A stretch of 64,000 bases of DNA. Origin: Terriglobia bacterium. GTDB lineage: Bacteria > Acidobacteriota > Polarisedimenticolia > Polarisedimenticolales > JAIQFR01. The notes under the pieces were generated by a model. It was not told where the DNA came from and made no database searches. It saw only the letters and a program-made list of their open reading frames with translations. Location of the stretch: positions 576,001-640,000 of the forward strand of contig CAVVHE010000004.1 of NCBI GenBank assembly GCA_963748015.1. Reading direction: 5' to 3'. Position 1 is the first letter of the stretch; each line of letters begins with the position of its first letter. The translations under genes and the position numbers were made by a program. Positions 50,656 to 59,608 of the stretch are shown piece by piece.

Positions 50656-51562
50656 CGACGCTGCGCCCGACAGCACGGCCGCGGGCTTCACGCTGGTGGA
50701 GCTGCTCGTGGCGACGCTGATCGGCCTGGCGATCACCGGGGGCGCGCTGACGCTGGCGCTGTCGGGGAGGAGCATCTACCAGACCGACCAGAAACGGACG
50801 TCGGTCAACCAGAACCTCCGCGCCGGCATGGATCTCCTGGGAACCGACCTTCGCCAGGCGGGCGAGCGGGTGCCGGCCGACGTGCCGGCGGTCGAGGTCG
50901 CTTCCGGAGCCGGCGGAGCTCCCGATACCCTCGTGCTGCGGCGCAACCTGCTCGACGCCGTGCTTCCGGTATGCGCGAGCATCACGGGGGGCGCGAGCGC
51001 CGCGGATGTCGTCGTGGCGGACCGTGGGCCGAGTCCTCCGACCGGGTGCGCGCCGGTGCCGGACCAGGACGCCGACGGGTGGCCGGACAACATGGGGGCG
51101 TGGAAGTCCTACCGGCAGGCCAACGGCGGCCGGGTCCTGGCCTTCATCTACAACCCGGTCGGCAGGTACGGCGAGTTCTTCACCTACGACTCGGAAGACA
51201 GCGCGGCCGGCTCGATCCACGCGGCGAGCAGCAGCAACTGGGCGCACTCCTACAGGGTGGGCGAGCAGTGCCGCGTGTACGTCCTGGAGGAGCGCTCCTA
51301 CCGGCTCAACGGCGGACTGCTCCAGCTCGTGATCGACGGGGACGAGGACAACCCCCTGAATCTCGTGTGCGAGGTCACCGATTTCCAGGCTCGCGCCGTC
51401 ATGCGCGACGGCTCGATTCTCGATTCGTTGGGCCCGGCGGACTCTTGGACCGACCTGCTGTCGGTCGAGGTGACGCTGCGCGGCGAGGCGTCGTTCGCCG
51501 GGCGCACGCTCGTGCGCTCGCTGTCGGCGCGTTTCTTTCCTCGCAACCTGCTTTCCCGGTGA
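50606..51562 (+). CDS. PilW-like minor pilin
   Basis: G|FTLVELLVA; QNLRAGMDLL, DLRQAG, C-terminal PRNL; start codon uncertain. Confidence 0.82.
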   Translation: MESGSSRPRPYSHGSADDAAPDSTAAGFTLVELLVATLIGLAITGGALTLALSGRSIYQTDQKRTSVNQNLRAGMDLLGTDLRQAGERVPADVPAVEVASGAGGAPDTLVLRRNLLDAVLPVCASITGGASAADVVVADRGPSPPTGCAPVPDQDADGWPDNMGAWKSYRQANGGRVLAFIYNPVGRYGEFFTYDSEDSAAGSIHAASSSNWAHSYRVGEQCRVYVLEERSYRLNGGLLQLVIDGDEDNPLNLVCEVTDFQARAVMRDGSILDSLGPADSWTDLLSVEVTLRGEASFAGRTLVRSLSARFFPRNLLSR

Positions 51563-51573
51563 GGAGGCTTGCC

Positions 51574-53345
51574 ATGTCGAACCCTCGCGACGAGCGGGGC
51601 TTCGTCCTCGTGACCGTGCTGCTGCTCCTGGCGCTGCTGATGTCGCTCCTGACCGGGTACTTCGTGCTGACGCGGATGGAGCTGTCGACGACCCGCTCGA
51701 CGCTCGACGGAACGCGCGGGTTTTACGCTTCGGAGGCGGGACTCAACCTCAGGGCCGAGGCGATCCGCGTGCGGTTCCTCGGGTACAACCGGCCCGCGGG
51801 AACGACCCCCTCGAGCGCTGCGGGAAGCGTGCCCTGCGCCTCGGGGAACACCGGGGCCGGGGACTTCCAGTGCGCGACCTACGCGCTGGGGGGCCGCACG
51901 GCGACGACCTACCTCTCCGAGGACGCGGCGAACCCCACGGCGATCGTGATCCCCCGGGGCGAGCTCTACCAGAACCTCAACGCGCAGGAGTACGGCTACC
52001 GCGCCTACTCCCAGGCTACCAGCCTCGAGGGGCGCACGGAGGCGATCCTCGAGATGCACTTCAAGAGCCGCCTGGTGCCGCTGTTCCAGTTCGCGGTCTT
52101 CTACAACAAGGACCTCGAGATGCTCCCGGGCCAGAACATGGCGCTCGCAGGGCCGGTCCACAGCAACGGCGACATCTACCTCGGCGCGGAGAGCGGCCGG
52201 ACGTTCGACGTGAACGGCCAGGTCACGACGGCGGGGGACATCTACAGGGGAAGGAAGAACGCGAACACCTGCATGACGGGCGCCGTGCGGGTCTACGACC
52301 CTCTGACCGCGAGGGCCCTACCCGCTTGCACATCGGGCAGGAGGCTCTACTCGGAGGGCGAGTTCGCCGCCTGGAACGGGATGATCCGGACCCGGGTCGA
52401 GCCGGTGACGGTTCCGGAGCCCGAGATCCTCGACCCGACGCCGGGGGCCACCTATTGGGACAAGTCCGACCTCAGGATCGTGCTGAATCTCAACACCGGC
52501 TCCCCCGCGGTCGAGATCCGGAACGCGAACAGGACCGCGGACGCGATCCGCACCGCCGCGCTCGGGGCGTGCGGCGCCGCGACCACCTCGGCCGCGTTCT
52601 ACAACAACCGTGAGGGGAAGTCGATCCGCATGCTGGACGTGGACCTGCGAGGCGTGCTCGACTGCATCCAGTCCGCGACGCTGCTCGACGCCGGGAAAGG
52701 GCTCGACGACAGCTCCGAGGGAGGGCTTGTCTTCTACCTGGGCGTGGACGGTCCCGCGAGCTCGGCGTCAACGGTTACGGCGTCCGGGTGAAGAACGGCG
52801 CGACGCTGGCGTCATCGATCGCGGGCGCGCCGGCGATCAAGGGCCTGACCGTCGTGACGGACCAGGCGGTATACGTTCAGGGAAGCTACAACAGCAACTC
52901 GAAGAAGCCGGCCGCCTTCCTGGCCGACTCCCTGAACATCCTCTCGAACGCCTGGACCGACGCGAACAGCGCTCTGGCGCTCAACTCCCGCGTCGCCTCG
53001 ACCACCACGATCAACGCCGCGTTCCTGGCGGGCACGGATTCGACGGGAGGCGCCGAGGGGGCGGCCGGGCGGGACGCCGGCGAGTACAACGGAGGCGTGG
53101 AGAATTACCCGCGCCTGCACGAGAAGTGGTCGTCGGCGACGCTGAACTACCTCGGGTCTTTCGTGAGCCTCGGTACGCCGCGTCACGTCAACGGCTTGTG
53201 GGTGTACGGGGCGCCTCAGTACGAGGCGCCCACGCGAAACTTCCGCTACGACACCGACTTCAACGATGCCGCCAAGCTGCCGCCGCTCACGCCTCGCTTC
53301 GTCTATCTCCGGCAGGACCTGTTCGTGCGGCAGTTCGGGTCGTGA
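51574..53345 (+). CDS. PilX-like large minor pilin, frameshifted in this sequence
   Basis: ERG|FVLVT (no Glu5), FYASEAG, GPVHSNGD; the frame changes near 52763 and continues to GGVENYPRLHEKW...LPPLTPR. Confidence 0.8.
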
Positions 53346-53463
53346 TGCCGCGGGACGACGCGCAGGCCGAGCCTCCGAAGGCCCGCCGTTCACGGGTGAG
53401 CGGCTCGGGGTGAGGAGCGCCGATCGCGGCGGGGTAGGGAACGGAATCGAGGAGGGACCTCCG

Positions 53464-53862
53464 ATGGGGGACGAGAGCCGAGCGATCGGCCCGGGCGAAG
53501 CGGTGGCGGTGCCGAACGAGCGTCGAGCGCAACCCCGACTCGGCCTGGCGCTTCCGGCGGATACCTGCGTGTTGCTGCCCACTCCCGGGGCGGAAGGGGA
53601 GGAATGCGCGGCGCCGATCCGCGACATCAGCTACGGGGGCCTGTCCTTCCGGGTCACCGCCGCGACTCCGTGGATCGAGGAGGGCTGGGTCGGCCGGGCG
53701 CGGCTGCGCTTCGGCGGGCGCGTCATCGGCGGGAACCTGCTCGTGGTCCACGTCGCAGCGGACGCGGAGTCGGGAACGGTCTGCGGCGCGATGTTCTTCG
53801 CCGCGAGCAAGGACGACCGCATGACGCTTCGCGAGGTCCTGTCGGAGCTGGGGCGATCCTGA
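53464..53862 (+). CDS. PilZ domain protein
   Basis: ERRAQPR (RxxxR) and DISYGG (DxSxxG) c-di-GMP-binding motifs. Confidence 0.8.
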   Translation: MGDESRAIGPGEAVAVPNERRAQPRLGLALPADTCVLLPTPGAEGEECAAPIRDISYGGLSFRVTAATPWIEEGWVGRARLRFGGRVIGGNLLVVHVAADAESGTVCGAMFFAASKDDRMTLREVLSELGRS

Positions 53863-53874
53863 GGCGGCGCCGGA

Positions 53875-55341
53875 TCAGCAGTTCCGCTTGAGATGGCGAT
53901 AGACCTCTCCTCCGCGGTGGATCCGCACCTCGAGCGGCATCTGCCCCGGCAGGCTGTGGGTGGCGCAGCTGAAGCAGGGGTCGAAGGCGCGGAACGCCAT
54001 CTCGATCCGGTTCAGGATCCCCTCGGTCGGCTCGACGCCGGGGCGAATCATCTCTTTCGCGACCTTCTTCGTGACCATGTGGATCGGGGCGTTGTTGTTC
54101 GTGGTCCCGACGATCAGGTTCGCGCTGGTGCAGATCCCGCGCTCGTCGCAGGTGTAGTGGTGGGTCAGGGTGCCGCGCATCGCCTCGACGATACCGACCC
54201 CAACGCCTGTGATCCGCTCGGGGATGACCCGGAACTGCTCGCCGGTGATCTCCGGGTCCTTGCAGTAACGGAGGAGCGTCTCGGCGTTCTGGACCATCTC
54301 GACGAGCCTCGCCCAGTGCTGCGCGAGGAGGGCCCGGCACGGCTTTTGCGCGAGGGTGGAGAACATCTCCTCGTAGGCCTCCTGCGCTTTCGGCGTCGCC
54401 ATCCGGTCGGCGACGTTGAGTCGCGCCAGAGGTGTGGCGCAGTAGATGCTGGAGTCGATCCCCTCGACGAACCCTTTCCACCCGCGCTTCCTGAGGTAGG
54501 GGAACTTCAGATAGGTCCACGGCTCGACGTGCTCGCCGACGTGCTCGGCGTACTCCTCCGCCTCGTACTTGCAGATCTCCTTCCCCTCGAAGTCCACGAC
54601 CCGGACCTTCCCGTCGTAGAAGTTCGGGGCGTTGTTCTCGTCCACGAGCCCCATCTGCTGCACGTCGAGCGTGTAGGGGCCGTGGAGGATCAGCTCCACG
54701 TACGCCGGGTTCCCGAGCACGACGTCCCGGAAGATCTTCAGCGAGAACTGGGTGAAGTCGTAGAGCTCGTCGACCATGGGCCGGATCTGGTCCAACTCCT
54801 CTTTCTTCAGTCCCTTGGACACGCCGCCGGGCAGGCACCAGACCAGGTGGGTCGTCTTGCCGCCGAGGATCTGCTGGATGGACTGCGCCTGCGCTCGCGA
54901 CTTGATGACCTTGCCGCCGATCTCGAGGCCGACCTTGGCGACGACCCCGAGGATGTTGCGGGTGGCCGGGTCGGCGTCGGGCCCGCAGACGAAGTCCGGG
55001 GCGGCCAGGGCGTAGAAATGCGCGATGTGGCTGTGGATGTAGTGCGCCTGGTAGTACATGTCGCGCAGCTTCACCGCGAGCGGAGCGATCTGCTTCCCGA
55101 AGCACCCGTCCACGGCCTTCGCACTCGCCATGTGGTGGCTGGCGGGACAGACGCCGCAGATGCGCGTGACGATCCGGGGAAGCTCCTCGATCGGCCGCCC
55201 CACCACGAAGCGCTCGAACCCCCTGAGCTCGGGAATCTGGAAGTAGCAATCCTCCACGGCCCCCGTGGAATCCAGGAAGATCTCGATCTTCCCGTGCCCC
55301 TCGAGCCGCGTGATCGGGTCGATGCGGATGTGCCTGCCCAT
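53875..55341 (-). CDS. mvhA: Group 3c [NiFe]-hydrogenase large subunit (MvhA-like)
   Basis: TRLEGHG, ELRGFE, RICGVC (L1), RAFDPCFSCATH (L2) followed by a cleavable C-terminal extension. Confidence 0.93.
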   Translation of the reverse strand: MGRHIRIDPITRLEGHGKIEIFLDSTGAVEDCYFQIPELRGFERFVVGRPIEELPRIVTRICGVCPASHHMASAKAVDGCFGKQIAPLAVKLRDMYYQAHYIHSHIAHFYALAAPDFVCGPDADPATRNILGVVAKVGLEIGGKVIKSRAQAQSIQQILGGKTTHLVWCLPGGVSKGLKKEELDQIRPMVDELYDFTQFSLKIFRDVVLGNPAYVELILHGPYTLDVQQMGLVDENNAPNFYDGKVRVVDFEGKEICKYEAEEYAEHVGEHVEPWTYLKFPYLRKRGWKGFVEGIDSSIYCATPLARLNVADRMATPKAQEAYEEMFSTLAQKPCRALLAQHWARLVEMVQNAETLLRYCKDPEITGEQFRVIPERITGVGVGIVEAMRGTLTHHYTCDERGICTSANLIVGTTNNNAPIHMVTKKVAKEMIRPGVEPTEGILNRIEMAFRAFDPCFSCATHSLPGQMPLEVRIHRGGEVYRHLKRNC

Positions 55342-56303
55342 CAGCGGATGCTCCTCTGAAGCAGCGAACCGGGGAGCGCGAAGCGGTACGCGTACCCCAG
55401 GAAGTCGGGAAGGCCGCCGAGGATCCGGTCGATCTCCTGCGGGTCCCGGCTGTCGACGATCGAGGAGACGGCGCTCAGGAGCTTCGCCCCCTGGTCGCGC
55501 ACGCCGGGGGCGGGACCGTAGCAGCCCCGGCAGGGCATCCCGCTATTCGGGCAGCGGACCCCGCAGCCGGAGCGCGTCGCGGACCCGGAGCAGAGGATGC
55601 CCTGCTCCATCAGGCAGAGCTCCGGATCCTGGAGGATCTCCCAGGGCCGGTAGAACTGCTTCACCTTCTTTTCTTTCTTGACCCGCTTGCAGTCGTCGCA
55701 CACCGTGCGCTCGGAAGCCCCCACGACGCTTTTTCTGGGCGGCAGCGCACCCGTGGCGATCGCCTGGACGACGGCCTTGACCTGGTCCGGGGCGGGAGGG
55801 CAGCCGGGAACGTAGTAGTCCACGTCCACGACGTCGTCGAGCTTGTAGACCCGCTTGTAGAAGTGCGGGATCTCGAGGTCGCCGCTCTCCACGTGAGTCT
55901 GCGTGAGCGGGACGGTGCGGTTCCCGGGCTGGATGGAGGGGTTGTTGAGGTAGGCCCGCTCGAAGATCTCTTCCTTGGTGAACTGGTTGGCGAGGCCGGG
56001 AATCCCTCCGAGGTGCGCGCAGGACCCGAAGGCGACGAGGAGCTTGCTCTTCCGCCGCAGGAGCTTCGCCACGTGCTCGTTCTCGCTGTTCCTCACCGCG
56101 CCGTTGAACAAGGTCAGGTCGAGCTCGCCGTCCGCCATGGCCTCGACGTCGGCGTACTTGCCGTCGGTCGCGATCGGCCACAGCCGGATGTCCGCGAGCG
56201 CGGCGATGTCGAGGATGAACTCGTTCGTGTCCAGGACCGCGACGTCGCAACCCCCGCACGCGGCTCCCCAGTAGAGCGCGATCTGGAGCTTCCGGTCGGC
56301 CAT
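55341..56303 (-). CDS. mvhG: Group 3c [NiFe]-hydrogenase small subunit (MvhG-like)
   Basis: WGAACGGC, FGSCAHLGGIPGL, PGCPP, VCDDC, CLMEQG, PCRGCYGP. Confidence 0.92.
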   Translation of the reverse strand: MADRKLQIALYWGAACGGCDVAVLDTNEFILDIAALADIRLWPIATDGKYADVEAMADGELDLTLFNGAVRNSENEHVAKLLRRKSKLLVAFGSCAHLGGIPGLANQFTKEEIFERAYLNNPSIQPGNRTVPLTQTHVESGDLEIPHFYKRVYKLDDVVDVDYYVPGCPPAPDQVKAVVQAIATGALPPRKSVVGASERTVCDDCKRVKKEKKVKQFYRPWEILQDPELCLMEQGILCSGSATRSGCGVRCPNSGMPCRGCYGPAPGVRDQGAKLLSAVSSIVDSRDPQEIDRILGGLPDFLGYAYRFALPGSLLQRSIR

Positions 56304-56305
56304 GT

Positions 56306-56740
56306 TCACCTCTCCACCCGGTCCGTGGCGAGAACGGTACGCACCTTGCACGGGCCGAGGGCGCGGATCCGGTTGGTCATGTCGTCCACCACGTCCGCGA
56401 ACCTCCGCCCCTCGCTCGCGCTCACCCACTCGAGGCGGACCCTGTCGTCCTCGATCCCGAAGTCGGCGAGCATGCGCTTCAGGAGCGGCATGCGGCGGAG
56501 GGTCTTGTAGTTCCCTTCCGAATAGTGGCAGTCGCCGGGGTGGCAGCCGCACAGCAGCACGCCGTCGGCCCCCGAGGCGAAGGCCTCGAGTACGAAGGTC
56601 GGGTCCACCCTCGCGGAGCACATCACGCGGATCGACCGCACGTTGGGCTGGTACTTGATGCGGCTCGTTCCCGCGAGGTCGGCGCCCGTGTACGAGCACC
56701 AGTTGCAGAGGAAGCCGACTATCCTCGGCTCGAAACCCAT
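56306..56740 (-). CDS. mvhD: Hydrogenase [2Fe-2S] subunit MvhD/FlpD
   Basis: FLCNWCSYTGADLAG, VMCSARV, GCHPGDCHY, EWVSASE. Confidence 0.96.
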   Translation of the reverse strand: MGFEPRIVGFLCNWCSYTGADLAGTSRIKYQPNVRSIRVMCSARVDPTFVLEAFASGADGVLLCGCHPGDCHYSEGNYKTLRRMPLLKRMLADFGIEDDRVRLEWVSASEGRRFADVVDDMTNRIRALGPCKVRTVLATDRVER

Positions 56741-58446
56741 TCCAGCACCCCCTCGATCTCCGCTCGGATCTGACGGTCGGTGAAGTGCCGCCCCTTGATC
56801 GCGCCCGAAGGGCAGGCGGCGACGCAGCACCCGCAGGCCTTGCACATCGCGCTGTTCACGTGGCTCCGGCGCTTCGCCTCGTCGTACTCGATGGCGGTGT
56901 AGGGACAGAGCTCGTTGCACATCCTGCACCCCGAGCAGCGCTCCTCGTCCACCTCGGCGAACACCGCGTCCACCTCGATTCGGCCGTGGACGATCTTCGC
57001 GAGGATCCTGGCGGACGCGGCCTCCGCCTGGGCCACGGAGCCCGGGATTCCCTTCGGCGCCTGGCAGGCCCCCGCGATGAAGACGCCGTCGGTGGTCGTC
57101 GCGACGGGGTCGAGCTTCGGGTGGCTCTCGATGAACCAGCCGTCCTTGTCCTGGCTGATGTTCACGAGGTGGGCGACGTGTCCCGAGTCGTCGCGCGCCT
57201 CCATGCCGACCATGAGGACCACCAGGTCGGCCGGGACCTCGATCTCCTCGCCCGAGAGAAGCTCCTTGACGCGGATGAGCATCTCGCAGTCGTCCTGCGG
57301 GCCCGAGGCGACGATCTCCGGATCCCCGCCCTTCTTGTACATCAGGAACATCGTCTTCATCTCGGCGGAGCGCTTGTAGAAGTCCTCGCATCCCTTCCCG
57401 AACGCATGCATGTCGATGTAGAGGTCGTACACGTAGCTCTTCGGGATCGCCGACTTGATCTCCTGTCCGTACTTGAGGGCGGTCATGCAGCAGACGCGCG
57501 AGCAGTAGCCGTGCCACTTCGGGCTGCGGCTGCCGACGCAGTGGATCAGCGCCACGTATTGCGGCACTTTCCCGCCGCGGGTCAGGACCCGCCCCTCGCG
57601 GAGCATCGCTTCGAACTCGAACGAGGTGACGACGTTCGGGAGCCGCCCGTAGCCGTATTCCTCGACCCGGGAGGCGTCGAACTCGCGGTAGCCGGTGCAC
57701 ACGACCACGGAGCCCACGGGAGACTCGATCGGGCCTTCCGGCGAGAGGATCCTGGCCCGGAAGTTCCCGACATACCCCTGGAATTCCGTGAGCTCCGCCC
57801 GGAGCAGCACCCGGATCCTCGGGTGCGCCATCACGCGCGAGATCCGGTCCTTCAGGATGTCCCGCGCCGAGTCGAGGTAGGGCGCGGTCAGGTCCACCCT
57901 GGCGAGGTTCCCGCCCAAGCGGTCCGCCTTCTCCACCAGGAGGACCGGCTGCCCCGCGTCGGCGAGCTCGAGGGCCGCGGTGAGGCCGGCGATCCCGCCG
58001 CCGAGAACCAGCGTGGTCGGGCACATGTCCACGTAGCGCTTCTCCAGCGGCTCGTGGAACGGCACGCGCCGGACCGCGGCACCGGTCAGGGCCGTCGCCT
58101 TTTCCGTCGCGGCTCGCGGATCCTCGTGGACCCAGCTGCACTGCTCGCGAATGTTCGCCATCTCGAGGAAGTACGGGTTGATCCCGCCGGTCTGGAGGGC
58201 CTTGCGGAAGGTCGGCTCGTGCATCCTCGGGCTGCACGCGGCGACCACCACCCGGTCGAGGCCGAGATCCTTGATGTCCTGGACGATCATCTCCTGGCCG
58301 GGAGTGGAGCACATGTACTTGTAGGAGCGGGCGACCGTCACGAAGGGCATCTTCGAGGCGGCCTTGGCGACCGCTTCGCAGTCCACCATCTTGGCGATGT
58401 TCGTCCCGCAGTTGCAGATGAAAACGCCGATCTTGCAGTCGTCCAT
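56719..58446 (-). CDS. hdrA: Heterodisulfide reductase subunit A-like flavoprotein (N-terminal cluster and C-terminal ferredoxin; no inserted ferredoxin)
   Basis: GVFICNCG, YMCS, AACSP, REQCSWVH; GGGIAG FAD motif; HCVGSR/CSRVCC; C-terminal 2x[4Fe-4S] motifs. Confidence 0.9.
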   Translation of the reverse strand: MDDCKIGVFICNCGTNIAKMVDCEAVAKAASKMPFVTVARSYKYMCSTPGQEMIVQDIKDLGLDRVVVAACSPRMHEPTFRKALQTGGINPYFLEMANIREQCSWVHEDPRAATEKATALTGAAVRRVPFHEPLEKRYVDMCPTTLVLGGGIAGLTAALELADAGQPVLLVEKADRLGGNLARVDLTAPYLDSARDILKDRISRVMAHPRIRVLLRAELTEFQGYVGNFRARILSPEGPIESPVGSVVVCTGYREFDASRVEEYGYGRLPNVVTSFEFEAMLREGRVLTRGGKVPQYVALIHCVGSRSPKWHGYCSRVCCMTALKYGQEIKSAIPKSYVYDLYIDMHAFGKGCEDFYKRSAEMKTMFLMYKKGGDPEIVASGPQDDCEMLIRVKELLSGEEIEVPADLVVLMVGMEARDDSGHVAHLVNISQDKDGWFIESHPKLDPVATTTDGVFIAGACQAPKGIPGSVAQAEAASARILAKIVHGRIEVDAVFAEVDEERCSGCRMCNELCPYTAIEYDEAKRRSHVNSAMCKACGCCVAACPSGAIKGRHFTDRQIRAEIEGVLEWVSSRG

Positions 58447-58455
58447 CCCGCCTCC

Positions 58456-59598
58456 TCAGGCCGCCTGCGTCTTCGGCGCGGCGCCGGCGAGCCGTTCCTT
58501 TTCCTCGATCGCCTCCGCCTGGAGCTCCGAGAAGTACATGGCCAGCGGGCGGTAGGCGAGGTGGGCCCACTTGCTGAACGGCACCTCGAGGCCGAGCATG
58601 GGCACCACGCCCATCATGTGGATCACGTAGGTCACGTTGGTCGCGACGTTCAGGCCCGCCCGGTGAAGAACGTGCTGGATGATCCCGGTGGCGGCCACGA
58701 AGGCCAGTAGCAGCAGGAAGATCCAGTCGGTCTCGTGGGAGTGCTGGTACTGCGGCTCCGCCTTCTTGATCCTGCCGACGATCGCGAACGCGGTGGTGGC
58801 GAGAAGGCCGACCGTCGCCGCCCAGCCGAAGACGTGCACCCTGAGGTCGATCGGCTCGCGTTGCACGAGGTGGAGAAAGAACATGATGAGGATCAGCATC
58901 GCGAGGTAGCTGCACACGAGCACGAGGTGGATGGCCCACGGTCGCTTCCTGTCGCACTCCCGGTAGCGCTTCTGGGTCATGAAGTGCACGGGCAGGAGCC
59001 AGGCCTTGCGGATGTAGCTGAGCAGCGGGACGCGGAGCTTGCTGTCGTGCCCGATGCTGAACCACCACATGCGGGCGCAGTTCACGAGCAGCAGCGCTAG
59101 GAGGAACATCCCGAGGGCCCAGTCGAACTTGTGGACCGCGGAGGAGGGGAGGAACGCCCCGGGCCCGTCCACCACGTCGAGCCGACCATTGATCGCTCCG
59201 TAGAGCGAGAATCCGAGGCCGGTCAGCAGGGCGACCAGCAGGATCCCCAGCAGCTCGATCTTCCACGACCGGTAGAACAGCCGGGAGATGCCGGTGAAGT
59301 CGTAGCGGGAGGTCAGCCAACGGCGCATGCTCATCATGGTCTCGCCCGGCTCGGCGTCCCGCGGGCACTCCTCGGAGCATTCTCCGCAGTAGTAGCAGAG
59401 CCAGGGCTCGAGGTTGCCCCGCAGCTTGTCCTCGAGACCCATCTGCAGGTAGCGCATCGACTTGCGGGGAAAGAGGAACGGCGCTCTCGAGAACGGGCAG
59501 GTCGCGCTGCAGTTGCCGCAGTGGTAGCACTTGCTGACGTCCTGCGCGCCGTAGAGCTCGAGTTCCTCGATCAGCCTGGGATTGGCCCGGATCGCCAT
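58456..59598 (-). CDS. QmoC-like subunit: HdrC-type 2x[4Fe-4S] domain fused to a cytochrome b-like membrane domain
   Basis: CYHCGNCSATCP and WLCYYCGECSEECPR; about six TM helices with His residues; PFSKWAHLAYR. Confidence 0.82.
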   Translation of the reverse strand: MAIRANPRLIEELELYGAQDVSKCYHCGNCSATCPFSRAPFLFPRKSMRYLQMGLEDKLRGNLEPWLCYYCGECSEECPRDAEPGETMMSMRRWLTSRYDFTGISRLFYRSWKIELLGILLVALLTGLGFSLYGAINGRLDVVDGPGAFLPSSAVHKFDWALGMFLLALLLVNCARMWWFSIGHDSKLRVPLLSYIRKAWLLPVHFMTQKRYRECDRKRPWAIHLVLVCSYLAMLILIMFFLHLVQREPIDLRVHVFGWAATVGLLATTAFAIVGRIKKAEPQYQHSHETDWIFLLLLAFVAATGIIQHVLHRAGLNVATNVTYVIHMMGVVPMLGLEVPFSKWAHLAYRPLAMYFSELQAEAIEEKERLAGAAPKTQAA

Positions 59599-59608
59599 GC
59601 CGTCTCCT

